Of a stretch of 64,000 nt of DNA, positions 1 through 10,188 are shown in pieces (the first letter of the stretch is position 1; every line of letters begins with the position of its first letter). The notes under the pieces were generated by a model. That model ran no database searches. It was not told where the DNA came from and saw only the letters and a list, made by a program, of their open reading frames with translations. Made by a program: the position numbers and the translations under genes. Origin of the DNA: an uncultured Nitrososphaerales archaeon (GTDB lineage: Archaea; Thermoproteota; Nitrososphaeria; Nitrososphaerales; Nitrososphaeraceae); assembly GCA_963713605.1 (NCBI GenBank), contig CAVQMO010000005.1, positions 128,001 to 192,000 on the forward strand, written 5' to 3'.

Positions 1-1596
1 TCTAATAGCGTTTCTGCTTATCACTTCTATTACCTGATCCGTCTTTTCTGGATAGTATTTCAATAGACCACTCATACCAAGGATAGCTTGTATCGGTGTT
101 TTTAACTCATGAGCTGCAATACTGATAAACTCTTTTTGCATTCTATCTGCTTTCTTTAATTCTTCAACCAGCATGCGTTCATTCCAAAGTAATTCGAAGA
201 CTGACTCGAAAGAGTCAACGGTCGCTCTTCTATTAGAGTATACCACTAGACCAATTGCATCTGAGAATTTATCAGCGTTTGGTTTCTTGAGCTCTGCTCT
301 AAGAAACTTTTCACGGTCAATTATGTACATGCCGTAGGGAGAGCTGTTCCCATCTAGTATTTTGATATCTGGTGCGTTCTCCATTATTTTTCTCTGAATT
401 CCTAAATTATCATCAGACAATGGACAGATAATCTTTACATTCGCTCCATTCTGTGATGCCCTCACAAGATAATCAATCATACCTAGTCTATCGATCCTCA
501 CCATCGCTTTATCGTTAGGCAGGAAGATTAGGGCTTCTTTGCTTGTAGATTTTGTCATATCAACAAGGATCTGACTTGCTTTTTCGTTGTCAGTGATTAC
601 CTCATAAAATTCTGCTTCGGTTCCTTCTTCAATCTCTCGTATTCTGTCTACTGCATCAATTCCACTCTCCCATAATCGTTGAAAAACGGAAGAAAAGTGC
701 TTTATATATTGAGATTCGTTGCTTAATAGAAGGCTTTGAACAACTTTTCCATTCTCCATCTTCTCTATAGTAACGGCTATTTTCTTATCTGAAACACCAA
801 AGCTCATTGGAGGCAGATTTCTAACATGCTTAATCCTTATACCATGATCTAGATATAGCTTGACCAGCTCTAGATTTTCGTTATCTATATTGGTAATGTA
901 TCTAAGACCTTTGTGATCTCCTCTCTTTTGTTTATCTAATAACTTTTTCTTAATGTCAAAGAAGTGTTTGTGACTATATTGCATCCCACCTGAGGTTAGA
1001 CAAGTATCAAGTTCATTTGAGCTAGCGGTAAGAGAATAAATCTCTCTTATAATCTCGTCTGAATTATCTATTATAACGGTTTCATAACGTATAATTCCTT
1101 CTTCAATCTCTCGTATTCGATGCTCTGCGGGGATCGTTTTACTCCATAAGGTTTCAAAAACGTACTTTTGATGTTCAATTAATTCCTTGACATTGCTATA
1201 GATGATCTGTGCTGCTGACTCTCCAGCTTCATGGAAGGTAGCAGGAGCAATGTATCCTGTTTCACTGATGTAAAAGTTTCCCTTAATTCCATCTAAATGT
1301 CGAAGCTCGTCAACCATCGTCATGATCTGTTTGCAATAAGAGATGTTATCTTTGGTAATCTCAGTAACATATCTCAGTTTAACACCCCTCTTTTTAGCAG
1401 CAAGAAAAGCTTCCTTTAATAATAAAATGTCGATTGCTAATGAAGGTCGAGTGTAGTCAACACAGGCATCGATTCTACTATCAGATTGGTGAAAGAAGTG
1501 TAATATAGCATTCATTACAACGTCAACTCCATGAAAAACCTCAGTAGCCTCCCTAATTATTTTTCTATCACTTTGATGAGAACCCGACAGTGTCAA
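1..1596 (-). CDS. Sensor histidine kinase (HisKA) with long cytoplasmic N-terminal region; C-terminus runs off the window
   Basis: Manual minus-strand translation from TTG 1596 gives ...MQKEFISIAAHELKTPIQAILG... (H-box). TATA-like element near 1620-1627. Not in the ORF track because it is open-ended. Confidence 0.9.
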   Translation of the reverse strand, partial: MTLSGSHQSDRKIIREATEVFHGVDVVMNAILHFFHQSDSRIDACVDYTRPSLAIDILLLKEAFLAAKKRGVKLRYVTEITKDNISYCKQIMTMVDELRHLDGIKGNFYISETGYIAPATFHEAGESAAQIIYSNVKELIEHQKYVFETLWSKTIPAEHRIREIEEGIIRYETVIIDNSDEIIREIYSLTASSNELDTCLTSGGMQYSHKHFFDIKKKLLDKQKRGDHKGLRYITNIDNENLELVKLYLDHGIRIKHVRNLPPMSFGVSDKKIAVTIEKMENGKVVQSLLLSNESQYIKHFSSVFQRLWESGIDAVDRIREIEEGTEAEFYEVITDNEKASQILVDMTKSTSKEALIFLPNDKAMVRIDRLGMIDYLVRASQNGANVKIICPLSDDNLGIQRKIMENAPDIKILDGNSSPYGMYIIDREKFLRAELKKPNADKFSDAIGLVVYSNRRATVDSFESVFELLWNERMLVEELKKADRMQKEFISIAAHELKTPIQAILGMSGLLKYYPEKTDQVIEVISRNAIR

Positions 1597-1756
1597 CCTA
1601 AGTACTATGTAGAATTGGCTATATAAGGTGCTTTATGTACAAATGTCTCCAATTGTAATATAAAAATATAATATTGCGTAGAAAACAGACCTTTTGTATC
1701 AGAATTTGCTACAAATGGCCATGATATACGGAGAAGTAAATGTTGGCGACGATGAA

Positions 1757-1988
1757 TTGTTCGTAGTTCCTGTACATTTCAGCAGAGCGCAATATTATGT
1801 TAGCACACCGCAAGCAGTTGCTAGAGTATAACAATGGATGCATTGCAATTAATCCGGTCAAAGATGGCAAATTATTCACTGCCCTGCTCACTTCCGTGGA
1901 AAATGGCGAAGGTGCACTAGACAAGGAAGCAACAAGCGATGCAGACGTCCTCGATTCCCTTCGTATGTCGTTGCAGTTCTGGCACTGA
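1757..1988 (+). pseudogene. 3'-terminal fragment of a putative terminase large subunit-like gene (copy 1, longest)
   Basis: LFVVPVHFS / frameshift / MLAHRKQLLEY...KLFTALLTSVENGEGALDKEATSDADVLDSLRMSLQFWH*. Aligns with four other fragments in the window. TerL identity is inferred from their HDDxxDA motif. Confidence 0.6.
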
Positions 1989-2219
1989 ACCTTATGCTAT
2001 GACGCGAAGCAGTAGTAAGGCTGGCAATATTAATATTCTTTAATGTTAATCAATGGCCAATCGACCGACATGATAGGGTTGCTTGATAGGAAACGAATCC
2101 CGGCATCGTAGCAGAGGCAATACATAATATCTTAAAAATATCCGAAATCAACAATGAGGATCCATCGAAGCTTTAGAATGAGGCAACTAGAGCCTGACTC
2201 CAGTTTTATGTTACAGAGG

Positions 2220-2255
2220 CACGTATTCAGGTTGTCCATGCAGTTCTGGCACTAG
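2220..2255 (+). pseudogene. TerL-like 3' fragment (copy 2)
   Basis: CAC GTA TTC AGG TTG TCC ATG CAG TTC TGG CAC TAG = HVFRLSMQFWH*. Confidence 0.5.
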
Positions 2256-2332
2256 GTTTGTGTCGAGCCCAACTCACAGATAAGAGACGATAGTAGCCAG
2301 AACCGAAAATACTACTTTTGTCCCGAGTCTTG

Positions 2333-2899
2333 TCAATCCTGAGGGAATGCCTCATCAATCAATTTATTCACAGGCTCTCCTGAAGGTAAGGGAGCATTTC
2401 TGTCAAGCTCGTATTTGAATATGTCAGGAAAATTTATGTCCAAAATCACATTTCTACCAACCGCAATTATATGGGACTTTGGTATATCAAATCTCGAATT
2501 CGAATATCCGAACACAACTATCTTGTCATTTGTTTCTTTCATAACATGCCCCACATCGTCTTCATTATTAGCCCTGACTCCTTTATTGAACAATGACATT
2601 GGATACTTTCCTTCATAAGTTCCAAGATCTACCACTTTATCGTCATCTGGCCACGGGTCTTTCCTGCTAGTGGGTAAGGGTTCCTTTCGGCTAACGGTAT
2701 ATTTTTTGATTATATCCGCAAATGGGAGTCCGATAAGAACGTTTCCGCCCACCTGCTGTATTTCTTTGATCGGGATGTCGTATCTTTCTTGTTTTCCACC
2801 AAAAACTACTACTTTATCAGGGGTTTCTCTAACTACATGCCCTATGTGAGGAGCGTCTAATGCCTTCACACCCTTATTGAAATATTTGCCCGATGTCAA
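2333..2899 (-). CDS. Hypothetical protein with two tandem PRC-barrel-like repeats
   Basis: Internal duplication FNKGVKA..HIGHVVRET.DKVVVFG...RYDIP / FNKGVRA..DVGHVMKET.DKIVVFG...RFDIP. Confidence 0.75.
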   Translation of the reverse strand: MTSGKYFNKGVKALDAPHIGHVVRETPDKVVVFGGKQERYDIPIKEIQQVGGNVLIGLPFADIIKKYTVSRKEPLPTSRKDPWPDDDKVVDLGTYEGKYPMSLFNKGVRANNEDDVGHVMKETNDKIVVFGYSNSRFDIPKSHIIAVGRNVILDINFPDIFKYELDRNAPLPSGEPVNKLIDEAFPQD

Positions 2900-3027
2900 A
2901 CCTGGTAATATTCATCAACCTCGGGTTTTAAATAGTTGCCTAGGCATTCGAATGTTTCCGAAGATGTATTATCCTAGGTTTAAGAATATTCGATGCTAGA
3001 GGCAAATTCATTGTAACAATTCTTATT

Positions 3028-3564
3028 TTGTTACATTTTGGGTCTTCAAGCAAGAATTGTTTTAAGTATGAACCAACTAATAATACGTTGTACTTGAGCT
3101 TAGAAGGGATAGATTCTTCCACACAAGCTGAAGATAACCGTTTGTTTGATGATGACGCTCGAAGTGTTGGGGTGACCAAACCAGACCATTCACATAAAAT
3201 TCTGGTGGTAGATGATGAGCAAGACATAGTCTTCACGTTGAAGACTATCTTAACTGAGGCTGGGTTTTCTGTAGACGCCTTCACCAATCCTTCGGTTGCA
3301 TTCGAAATGTTTAGACCTGAAAAGTATGAGTTAATCATCTTGGACATCAGAATGCCAGGTCTCAATGGATTTGAATTGTATATGAAATTGTTGGAACAGG
3401 ATACTTCTATCAAAGTATTGTTCCTGACAGCCGTTAACGAATTCTCAATGTATGCTAAATTCAAGAGTAGTGTATCTCCAATGTCAGGCAAAAGATATTA
3501 TTTGCAAAAACCCGTAGACTTTACGAAGCTATTGCAACGCGTTGACGACATGTTAAGTCTTTGA
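3028..3564 (+). CDS. Stand-alone response regulator receiver protein (true start probably ~3088-3094)
   Basis: ILVVDDE, LDIRMPGLNG, FLTA and QKP receiver motifs. Confidence 0.9.
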   Translation: MLHFGSSSKNCFKYEPTNNTLYLSLEGIDSSTQAEDNRLFDDDARSVGVTKPDHSHKILVVDDEQDIVFTLKTILTEAGFSVDAFTNPSVAFEMFRPEKYELIILDIRMPGLNGFELYMKLLEQDTSIKVLFLTAVNEFSMYAKFKSSVSPMSGKRYYLQKPVDFTKLLQRVDDMLSL

Positions 3565-3713
3565 CGAATTACATTTTGCGTTGCCTGGTAGGTTTTAGTT
3601 GAAAATAATCTATTTCATGGGCGTCTATCTGCGCAAAGTCAAGAGACAGGGTGTTGGTATTGGTATTGGTATTGGTGGAAAGGTTCATCTACGACTGTGT
3701 ATATCACTAAACC

Positions 3714-4079
3714 ATGAGAGTGACTGCCACGGTCCAGCGGCAAGAAATTGATAAAGCCGACAACCACTCGGTAACTGAAAATTACCTAACGCTAAAGGAT
3801 ATTTCACCAAAATGGTTCGAGAGGCTATTCGGTAAAGAAATGAGCCTTCCCTTCCCTTTATCTCCAGTTTGGTTTAAATGGTATTTTGATTTGGATTCAC
3901 CTACTAAATGTATAGTAGGAGAAGCACATGGTTATTCCTCTTCGTACGAACAGACGTGTAAAGAATGCGATCGATTGGGGTGGAGTTTTGGTAAATCCTT
4001 TTTTCTCCGATCACGCGCAAGACTAGAGGACGACGTCAGCGAATTCATCCATCATTGGAACACAAAGCATTTAAGATGA
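3714..4079 (+). CDS. Hypothetical protein with Cys/His motif (CIVGEAHG...CKEC)
   Basis: Intact 121-aa ORF with ATG start and a plausible metal-binding motif. Confidence 0.65.
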   Translation: MRVTATVQRQEIDKADNHSVTENYLTLKDISPKWFERLFGKEMSLPFPLSPVWFKWYFDLDSPTKCIVGEAHGYSSSYEQTCKECDRLGWSFGKSFFLRSRARLEDDVSEFIHHWNTKHLR

Positions 4080-4283
4080 TTTCCTTCCGTATGAACTTGG
4101 GGAACTATCTATTCTAGAATTTCTCAGTATTGCCGTTAAACGGGTTTTATTTTAATGGAATGGACATGGCGAGATATTCAGGGAGAGGTCGTTATCAACC
4201 AGTAACATGTCAGCTAAAGTTACTGGCATTGTATTTCATATATGGAGGGGGTCTCTAATATATGCAAATGATTAGCACAGTTG

Positions 4284-4733
4284 TTAAGAGATTGCACCGA
4301 TCCCATGTCCTATGTACCCATTGCTTGTTGCTTCTATTGAATAGCCCTGGGAAATTAATGTCTCAATACAGCCTTCTTGCTGCTGCTTTTTCTCCAAGGA
4401 TAAAGAAATCGCTGCGCTTCCCTCTTGGTCTGTGGTATTTGCTATAGTGCCAGCTAAGGGTGTATTGAACTCGACCAGTGCATCAGGGATAGATCTCATT
4501 GTCATATTATCCCACACCGAAACTAATACAAAGTATGAGCAATTATTTAACTGATTTTTTGCCTGAATGTTATGCTCAATTTTCAATCCTTGCTCAGCGT
4601 GTGCTAAGGGAAATAGATCTGCATTTGAATGGAAATTAGCGAATATTATAGCAAGAATACAGGTGCTCACTATGACGGTAATCTCGACAAGAATCTTTTC
4701 GATATGAAGTGCTCCATTGGGTTTAAGATACAT
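4284..4733 (-). CDS. Secreted/membrane-anchored hypothetical protein with small beta-sandwich-like domain
   Basis: N-terminal hydrophobic helix; IPDALVEF...TTDQEGSAAI; TATA-like TTTTATAA near 4758-4765. Confidence 0.6.
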   Translation of the reverse strand: MYLKPNGALHIEKILVEITVIVSTCILAIIFANFHSNADLFPLAHAEQGLKIEHNIQAKNQLNNCSYFVLVSVWDNMTMRSIPDALVEFNTPLAGTIANTTDQEGSAAISLSLEKKQQQEGCIETLISQGYSIEATSNGYIGHGIGAIS

Positions 4734-5127
4734 TTAACTCAATACTAGTCGGAATCTTTATAAAAACTGACGTGAGTGATAATTAGAAGAAAAGAAGTTA
4801 ATCCTAAATCAATAGTATTCTTCCTACCTAGATCTAAATGGTGATTCCAAACATTGGTAAGGATGATAGTTCATAATCTAGTGCGAATTTCGGGTCACAC
4901 CGGATCATTCCATAACAAACCCTAAATCGATGAAACGACATCATATCTCCAATGGAAGGAAGAAACAAACAATTGTTCCATGACTTCTTTAAGAATAAAA
5001 ACACAGATAAGGACATCATGTCCTCCGTCTTAAGCTAATTAATTTTGCCTATCCTCAAGTTATACTACGGTGCATGCTTGGAAAGGGTAAATGGTTATCA
5101 ATATGCATATTATACATATATGTTGTC

Positions 5128-5275
5128 ATGTTTGCAAAGGCTCGCTGCCAGATTGTGCAACGATCAGGTAAGGTTTGCATTGCGACATCTGAGGACCAAG
5201 CATCCAGAAGTTTTAAGCGACAAGGACGTAGTTAGGCTTAATATGCCGCAGATCATGAAAAGATTCTTCGTTTAA
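5128..5275 (+). CDS. Small C2H2 zinc-finger protein (one-base frameshift)
   Basis: MFAKARCQI + extra G + CNDQVRFALRHLRTKHPE...; CxxC...HxxxxH. Confidence 0.5.
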
Positions 5276-5950
5276 CGTATTTACCGATGAATGTTTCTCG
5301 CAATTTGCTACAGCCATCTACACTCGTGTTTATGAATGCTTCGTTTGGCCGGATCCACACGTGACAGCGTCGTGTCTACTATCAGGATTGGTTCTTGAAT
5401 TTAACGATGTGAAATCTAAGATGTCTCTGCCAGTAGTATTTGCTAAATTCAAATCATACTACCTGAGTAATTAGATACTGTCAAATTTAATCTAGTCATT
5501 AAAAACTCAACGGAAATGATACTACACATCGGTCTAAGAATCAAACTCCTCTTAGCTTTCGAAGGTTGATTAATTAGACTTGTGCCATGCCCGACACTGG
5601 AGATAGTCTCCTATCCTGTGGCGGAGCTGGTCAGGCTCATTCGGGGATGACATAGGTACAGTGTGTACGCAGCAAAAAGTAATGATTTTCCTAATAATAC
5701 TATCACATTATCAGAAAGATTTCTTTATAATAATTATTATGTAGACTCGACTGACCTTAAATCGTCCGTCGATTGAATGAATTCATTCGATTCAAGGCCC
5801 GATGAGTAACGGATTAAACCTAATATCAGACTGAAATGTCATTGCAATGACATCCTAAAAGCATAAATATATTCCATAGAAGAATTCTGACATTAAAGTA
5901 ATAGCCAGATCTCACAATCTCAGATAAACAAGAATAATTAACTGGTTCTC

Positions 5951-6623
5951 ATGACGAGACTGAAGGGTATTTGTTCGTTTCAAATTATCTTGTTCATAGT
6001 ATCATTATCTTTAGTTGCGATATTGATTTCATTCACTACCGTCGAGGAAGTAAGTGCGAGCAGTAGACTGGATTTGAATAGGAGATCTATTGACATTGAT
6101 ATTGATATTTGTATAAGGTGTGATTCGCCTGTTCCTGGCCCACCTGGTCCTCAAGGTCCTGCTGGCGAAGAGGGACCAACAGGACCCCAAGGTGAGACAG
6201 GCGCTACAGGACCCGCGGGAACAACGGGACCGCAGGGACCCCAGGGTGCGACAGGTGCGGACGAGGCCGCTACAGGATCACGCAGGACCGCAAGGACCCC
6301 AGGGTGAGATAGGTGCTACTGGACCAGCAGGACCTGATAAAATTTTAGAAAAGAGGCAGGCCGTATCTCAATCTCCTCCTGGCAGTATCCCTATTGTCCA
6401 ACCAGGAGGAACATTTACAGCCAATGCTGAATGCAATTCTGATGAGATAGTTACGGGTGGTGGATATTCTATCTCCTCCGGAGGACTCATAAGTGTTGCG
6501 TTCCAAGGAGAAACGGTCACGGATTCTATCCCTGCGTGGACTGTAACGGGTACAAATATAGGTGATACTCTATTCGTGTATCAAGCATTTGCAGAATGCG
6601 TAAAACTAGTCGACGCACCCTGA
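5951..6623 (+). CDS. Secreted collagen-like (Gly-X-Y) protein with C-terminal globular domain, frameshifted
   Basis: Signal peptide; [16 protein letters not shown]... repeats in ORF 5951 continue as [10 protein letters not shown]...[12 protein letters not shown] in ORF 6120. Confidence 0.8.
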
Positions 6624-6662
6624 CTCGACCATCCTCTCTCCTTTTCTTTAAATTTTCTAGTC

Positions 6663-6788
6663 TTAATGCCAGAACATTAGACTCAATCTGAAAGCATCAA
6701 AGCATTCATCATGTGAAGTTGTTTCCTTATCCAATGATCCCGTTCCATCTTCAACCTCTGTTCTAAGCGCAGTGATTAGCTTCGGATG
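6663..6788 (-). pseudogene. TerL-like 3' fragment (copy 3)
   Basis: HPKLITALRTEVEDGTGSLDKETTSHDECFDAFRLSLMFWH*; begins 6 nt after the cadD stop; no start codon. Confidence 0.65.
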
Positions 6789-6794
6789 CCTACA

Positions 6795-7438
6795 CTACCC
6801 AATGAGAAACGCTTGTGCTAGGATATATATTCCAAGTCCGATGAGCACAAATGGCATCACTACATGTCCTATACGGCGTATTCTCGAAGCAATCAATGGG
6901 TGATTTACAAGATAATATGCTGCTATACACCATACCGCAGTTATTAACATAAAAACTACTATTAGTGTAGTAACTTGACCTATAGAGTTATACTGTGCGA
7001 ACATAGGAGTATAGACCCCAATGTTGTCACCTCCATTTGAAAAAGTTACAGCAGCAACAGCCAGAAAAGGTAGATACTGTTTGTTCCTTCTTCTTCTATT
7101 GTTGCTCTCTTTTTGCTGCATCCATCGAAGGAGGGGCAGATGCCCTTTCTCCTTTGATTATGATCTGAACTAGTCTGCTAGTGCCTATTGCTATCGGCAC
7201 TATGCCTAGTAACCCTATGATATATGGCGGAACTATTAGTGAGATAAGCGAACCAAGTGCACTTATAGCGATAAGCAAATATTCCGATATACTGACCCAA
7301 TACTATCTGTCTAGTTGGAAAGGTCATGGAAGAAGAACAGGAAGAAGAAAAGAACATCATAAGCACAAAAATATCGTCAATATTAGTAGCAACGAAGGCT
7401 GAGATACCTATTGCTATTAGACTCATAAGGTCTGTCAA
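6795..7438 (-). CDS. cadD: Cadmium resistance transporter (CadD family), split by frameshifts
   Basis: FVATNIDD..., GQYIG, LLGIVPIAIG, VTFSNGGDNIGVYTP motifs across three overlapping ORFs. Confidence 0.85.
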
Positions 7439-7535
7439 CTCTCACTAACTCTTCTTCCTGTATTCTACAAGAGTCTTAAGTATGGCTAATGCGAGAATAA
7501 AAGTGATAACCTGAAAACATCAAACAAATCATCGT

Positions 7536-7862
7536 GTGAGGTTGCTTCTTTGTCTAAAGACCCTTCGCCATTCTCTTCTCCGTAGTATTTTTAAGCGAAA
7601 TCGGCCAGGTACAACTGAAAAATTGAATGCTGAGGAAGCCAAGGCATTGTTGAAAGAGAGAGGTATATCAGTTATGAATGTGCCTCACGGCTATATGGTA
7701 AAAGTATCCAAAAGGGAAGGCAGTCCGTCACGCCGTATCGATTTGGATGAAATGAATGCGATCCTGGCATTAGGCATGATTAGACTGCTTGCAGTTGAGG
7801 ACACTGTTGGAGACATCCTTATCGAAGTACTAAATAGATTAATGCCAGAACATCAAAGATAA
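7536..7862 (+). CDS. Hypothetical protein (start probably ~7624); 3' end overlaps the antisense TerL-like fragment
   Basis: ORF track; TATA-like TTTTAAG near 7589. Confidence 0.4.
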   Translation: MRLLLCLKTLRHSLLRSIFKRNRPGTTEKLNAEEAKALLKERGISVMNVPHGYMVKVSKREGSPSRRIDLDEMNAILALGMIRLLAVEDTVGDILIEVLNRLMPEHQR

Positions 7863-7940
7863 TCTAAACACGTCCATTAGATCATCATGGCTAATTGCTT
7901 CCTTGTCTAATGAGCCTTCTCCATTACCAAACGCTGTCTG
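7839..7940 (-). pseudogene. TerL-like 3' fragment (copy 4)
   Basis: QTAFGNGEGSLDKEAISHDDLMDVFRLSLMFWH*. Confidence 0.65.
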
Positions 7941-8162
7941 ACCAAAGAGAAGACTAATAATCTAGGCTTTTGATTTGGTTCATTAAGATAGTGGATAATC
8001 AAGAAATATGCGCTGGCCTAGATAACCATTGGGGAGGCTACCGTGTTACTTGATATAGGCAGAGCCCACGACGGTCTAACCTTGCTTGGTTCTGGCATTT
8101 TACGCTCAGGATTTAGTTATCTTGAACTAGTAACAGTCGTTAGTTACGCCGGTGCGTATCTG

Positions 8163-8450
8163 TTAGGTGTAAGAACGGTTAAACTTGTGAACTGGACTAC
8201 GTCGTACAATTGTGTATGCCTTGTATTTTCTTGTCGCGTTATAGATTCCATACTTATCTTGTCTCATCCATCCGATGTCTTTAAGGAAATTAGCAATTCC
8301 AGAAATTAATTTTGTATCATTGTCAAAGTCCATGGATATCCCCTCTATAGTCTCATGCTTGTTTACTAGACGGTCTAGTACGTTTCTTGCTAACGCCAGG
8401 CCAGAAAGTTGTTTATTATCAGTAGTTCCTACAGGTTGTGTCGAGGAAAT
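8163..8450 (-). CDS. Putative winged-helix-like small protein, start codon unclear
   Basis: 96-codon open frame ...LARNVLDRLVNKHETIEGISMDFDNDTKLISGIANFLKDIGWMRQDKYGIYNATRK... Confidence 0.4.
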   Translation of the reverse strand: MSSTQPVGTTDNKQLSGLALARNVLDRLVNKHETIEGISMDFDNDTKLISGIANFLKDIGWMRQDKYGIYNATRKYKAYTIVRRSPVHKFNRSYT

Positions 8451-8554
8451 TCATCTTACCCACCATTGTAATGATATACAGCCTACCTTTTCTCTCCTGA
8501 TATCTTATGATAGTACTCTTTCTTATAGTTGCCTGTTTGATATCATTGTTAGGA

Positions 8555-8720
8555 GGAAACGAAAGATAGGACGACCGCGAGGGCTAGACCATTGGTCGTC
8601 CTATCCTATTTGTCAATGCATTCTGTTACGACGTCAGTCAGGTGCCATTATCATGAATAAAAGGTATTCCGGAACATGGTTACCCGTGATTTATAATAAA
8701 AACAGACCTAATTGCGTAAC
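8555..8720 (-). ncRNA. Candidate promoter + hairpin sRNA unit 1
   Basis: TTCCGGAA-N4-TTTTATT, then perfect 12-bp stem GATAGGACGACC (8565-8576)/GGTCGTCCTATC (8594-8605), then a U-rich tail. Confidence 0.4.
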
Positions 8721-8754
8721 AAGCAAGAATTGTTACACAATTAGGTAATTATTA

Positions 8755-8911
8755 TTCAAAAGAAAGATAGGTTAGAGCGCGATTGCCGTCCTACCTGTCA
8801 ATGCACGATATCCCACTTTACATTGCGCTTTATAGTAATAAATAAAAGACATTCCGGAACTTGATTACCTTTATTTCTAGAAAAGGTAGTACGACCAGGG
8901 AATTTGGTAAC
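8755..8911 (-). ncRNA. Candidate promoter + hairpin sRNA unit 2 (diverged tandem copy of unit 1)
   Basis: TTCCGGAA (8852-8859)-N4-TTTTATT; TGCATTGACA shared with unit 1; imperfect GGTAGG...CCTATC stem; U-rich tail. Confidence 0.35.
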
Positions 8912-9539
8912 AAAAACTTAGCGGTACTACCCTATTCTTTATGCTTGCTTTTGGAGTAGTTCGTCCCGCCTTCAGAATATTTTCATGGGAGGCATTATCT
9001 TTGGTTTTTTTACCTCATCGTATTCTCCATCGGTCTGTATCTTCGGCAAGAATTACGCCATGGTAGGACAATATGATTTGGTAACACTTCAAAGAGTAGC
9101 CTAGGCTACTCCCCTTTATTTATATAGAAAGGCCCCCTTATTCGACGGTTTGCTACTGCGTCTGCTCTGGCTGTTGTTGCCTCTGTCGCTGCTGTTGGTA
9201 GGGAACCAGATACTTCTTGGTAAAGTCTTCGATGAGTAGCTTAGATTGTCGACTCGAGCAGTTTGTTACCATTTTATCTTGCATCTAATTATTTTCCCGT
9301 TTGTCAAGGGCATCAAATCGTCCTCGTTGGTCTATAAATAACGCTAGATATCGCTGTCCTCGCTTTGAAATTCGATACTGGTAGGGCCCTGTAAATTCAT
9401 CTGAATATTGCCAAAGCAAGAATTGTTTCTTACTAATTCATTCAGACATTGGTTAACACAAGCACGTGACCGACTTGGTAGCCTGTGAGCGATCTCTACT
9501 GGAGGTAATTCTGTGAAGAGAGTGAATTGAGTAAATTCA

Positions 9540-9866
9540 TCAGTTTTTGTAGGTGAGAGTATCGTCAAAATCTGTTGATAGGTCTCCATTTTGTAAGGCA
9601 TCATTCTTATTACTATTTTTATTTTTAACCAGTATATGACCCCATGGGGTGCTAACTCCATCATCGTTCCTATGCTTTTCACAAAAATAGACAATGAATG
9701 TGAAAGGCCGATCCATCATATCTCTAACTGTGATCTCCTTTTCATACTTCGCTTCTTGTTGACAATCGATTACATCACAAGTAATATCGAATAGCATTCG
9801 GTTTAATTTAGGACTAGAACGCGGACGAGTAGGAGGGGCGGCGGGTGAAGACATTGCTAGCCTCAA
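9540..9866 (-). CDS. Small hypothetical Zn-binding protein, virus-like
   Basis: CDVIDC...YFCEKH motif. Confidence 0.5.
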   Translation of the reverse strand: MRLAMSSPAAPPTRPRSSPKLNRMLFDITCDVIDCQQEAKYEKEITVRDMMDRPFTFIVYFCEKHRNDDGVSTPWGHILVKNKNSNKNDALQNGDLSTDFDDTLTYKN

Positions 9867-10137
9867 CCACGAAATAAGTTATTTCACAATTTGATACTGT
9901 ATCGAAGATAAATTAGTACCTGAATTTACTAGTGGAAGAATAATAAACTCATTCTGAATGCCGATCATACCATTTCCTGGGCCTTGGTGGGATTGATGGG
10001 CTTCCTACTTTCATAAATTAGCGGACAGGTTTGGTTAATCCAACCTATCTGCACGATAAAGACTCTTGTTACCCTTATTAGATTTCGACGTGAATATTCA
10101 AAGGATCAACTTATAGATTTATGGTTGCGCTTAATGA

Positions 10138-10188
10138 TTAATGCCAGAAGATTAGACTCATTCGAAATGCATCGAGCAAATCATCATG
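10138..10188 (-). pseudogene. TerL-like 3' fragment (copy 5)
   Basis: HDDLLDAFRMSLIFWH*; nucleotide similarity to 6663-6713 is visible by eye. Confidence 0.6.

Noticed and set aside
2940..3491. Antisense ORFs over well-supported genes (also 22460, 34399, 52507, 62904 and others)
   Set aside because: They lie opposite motif-bearing CDSs and have no motifs of their own.
6663..10188. TTAATGCCAGAA...TCATCATG 51-bp motif as IS terminal repeats or a MITE
   Set aside because: The conservation is explained by minus-strand coding (HD[D/E]...FWH*); no inverted pairing or target-site duplication was seen.
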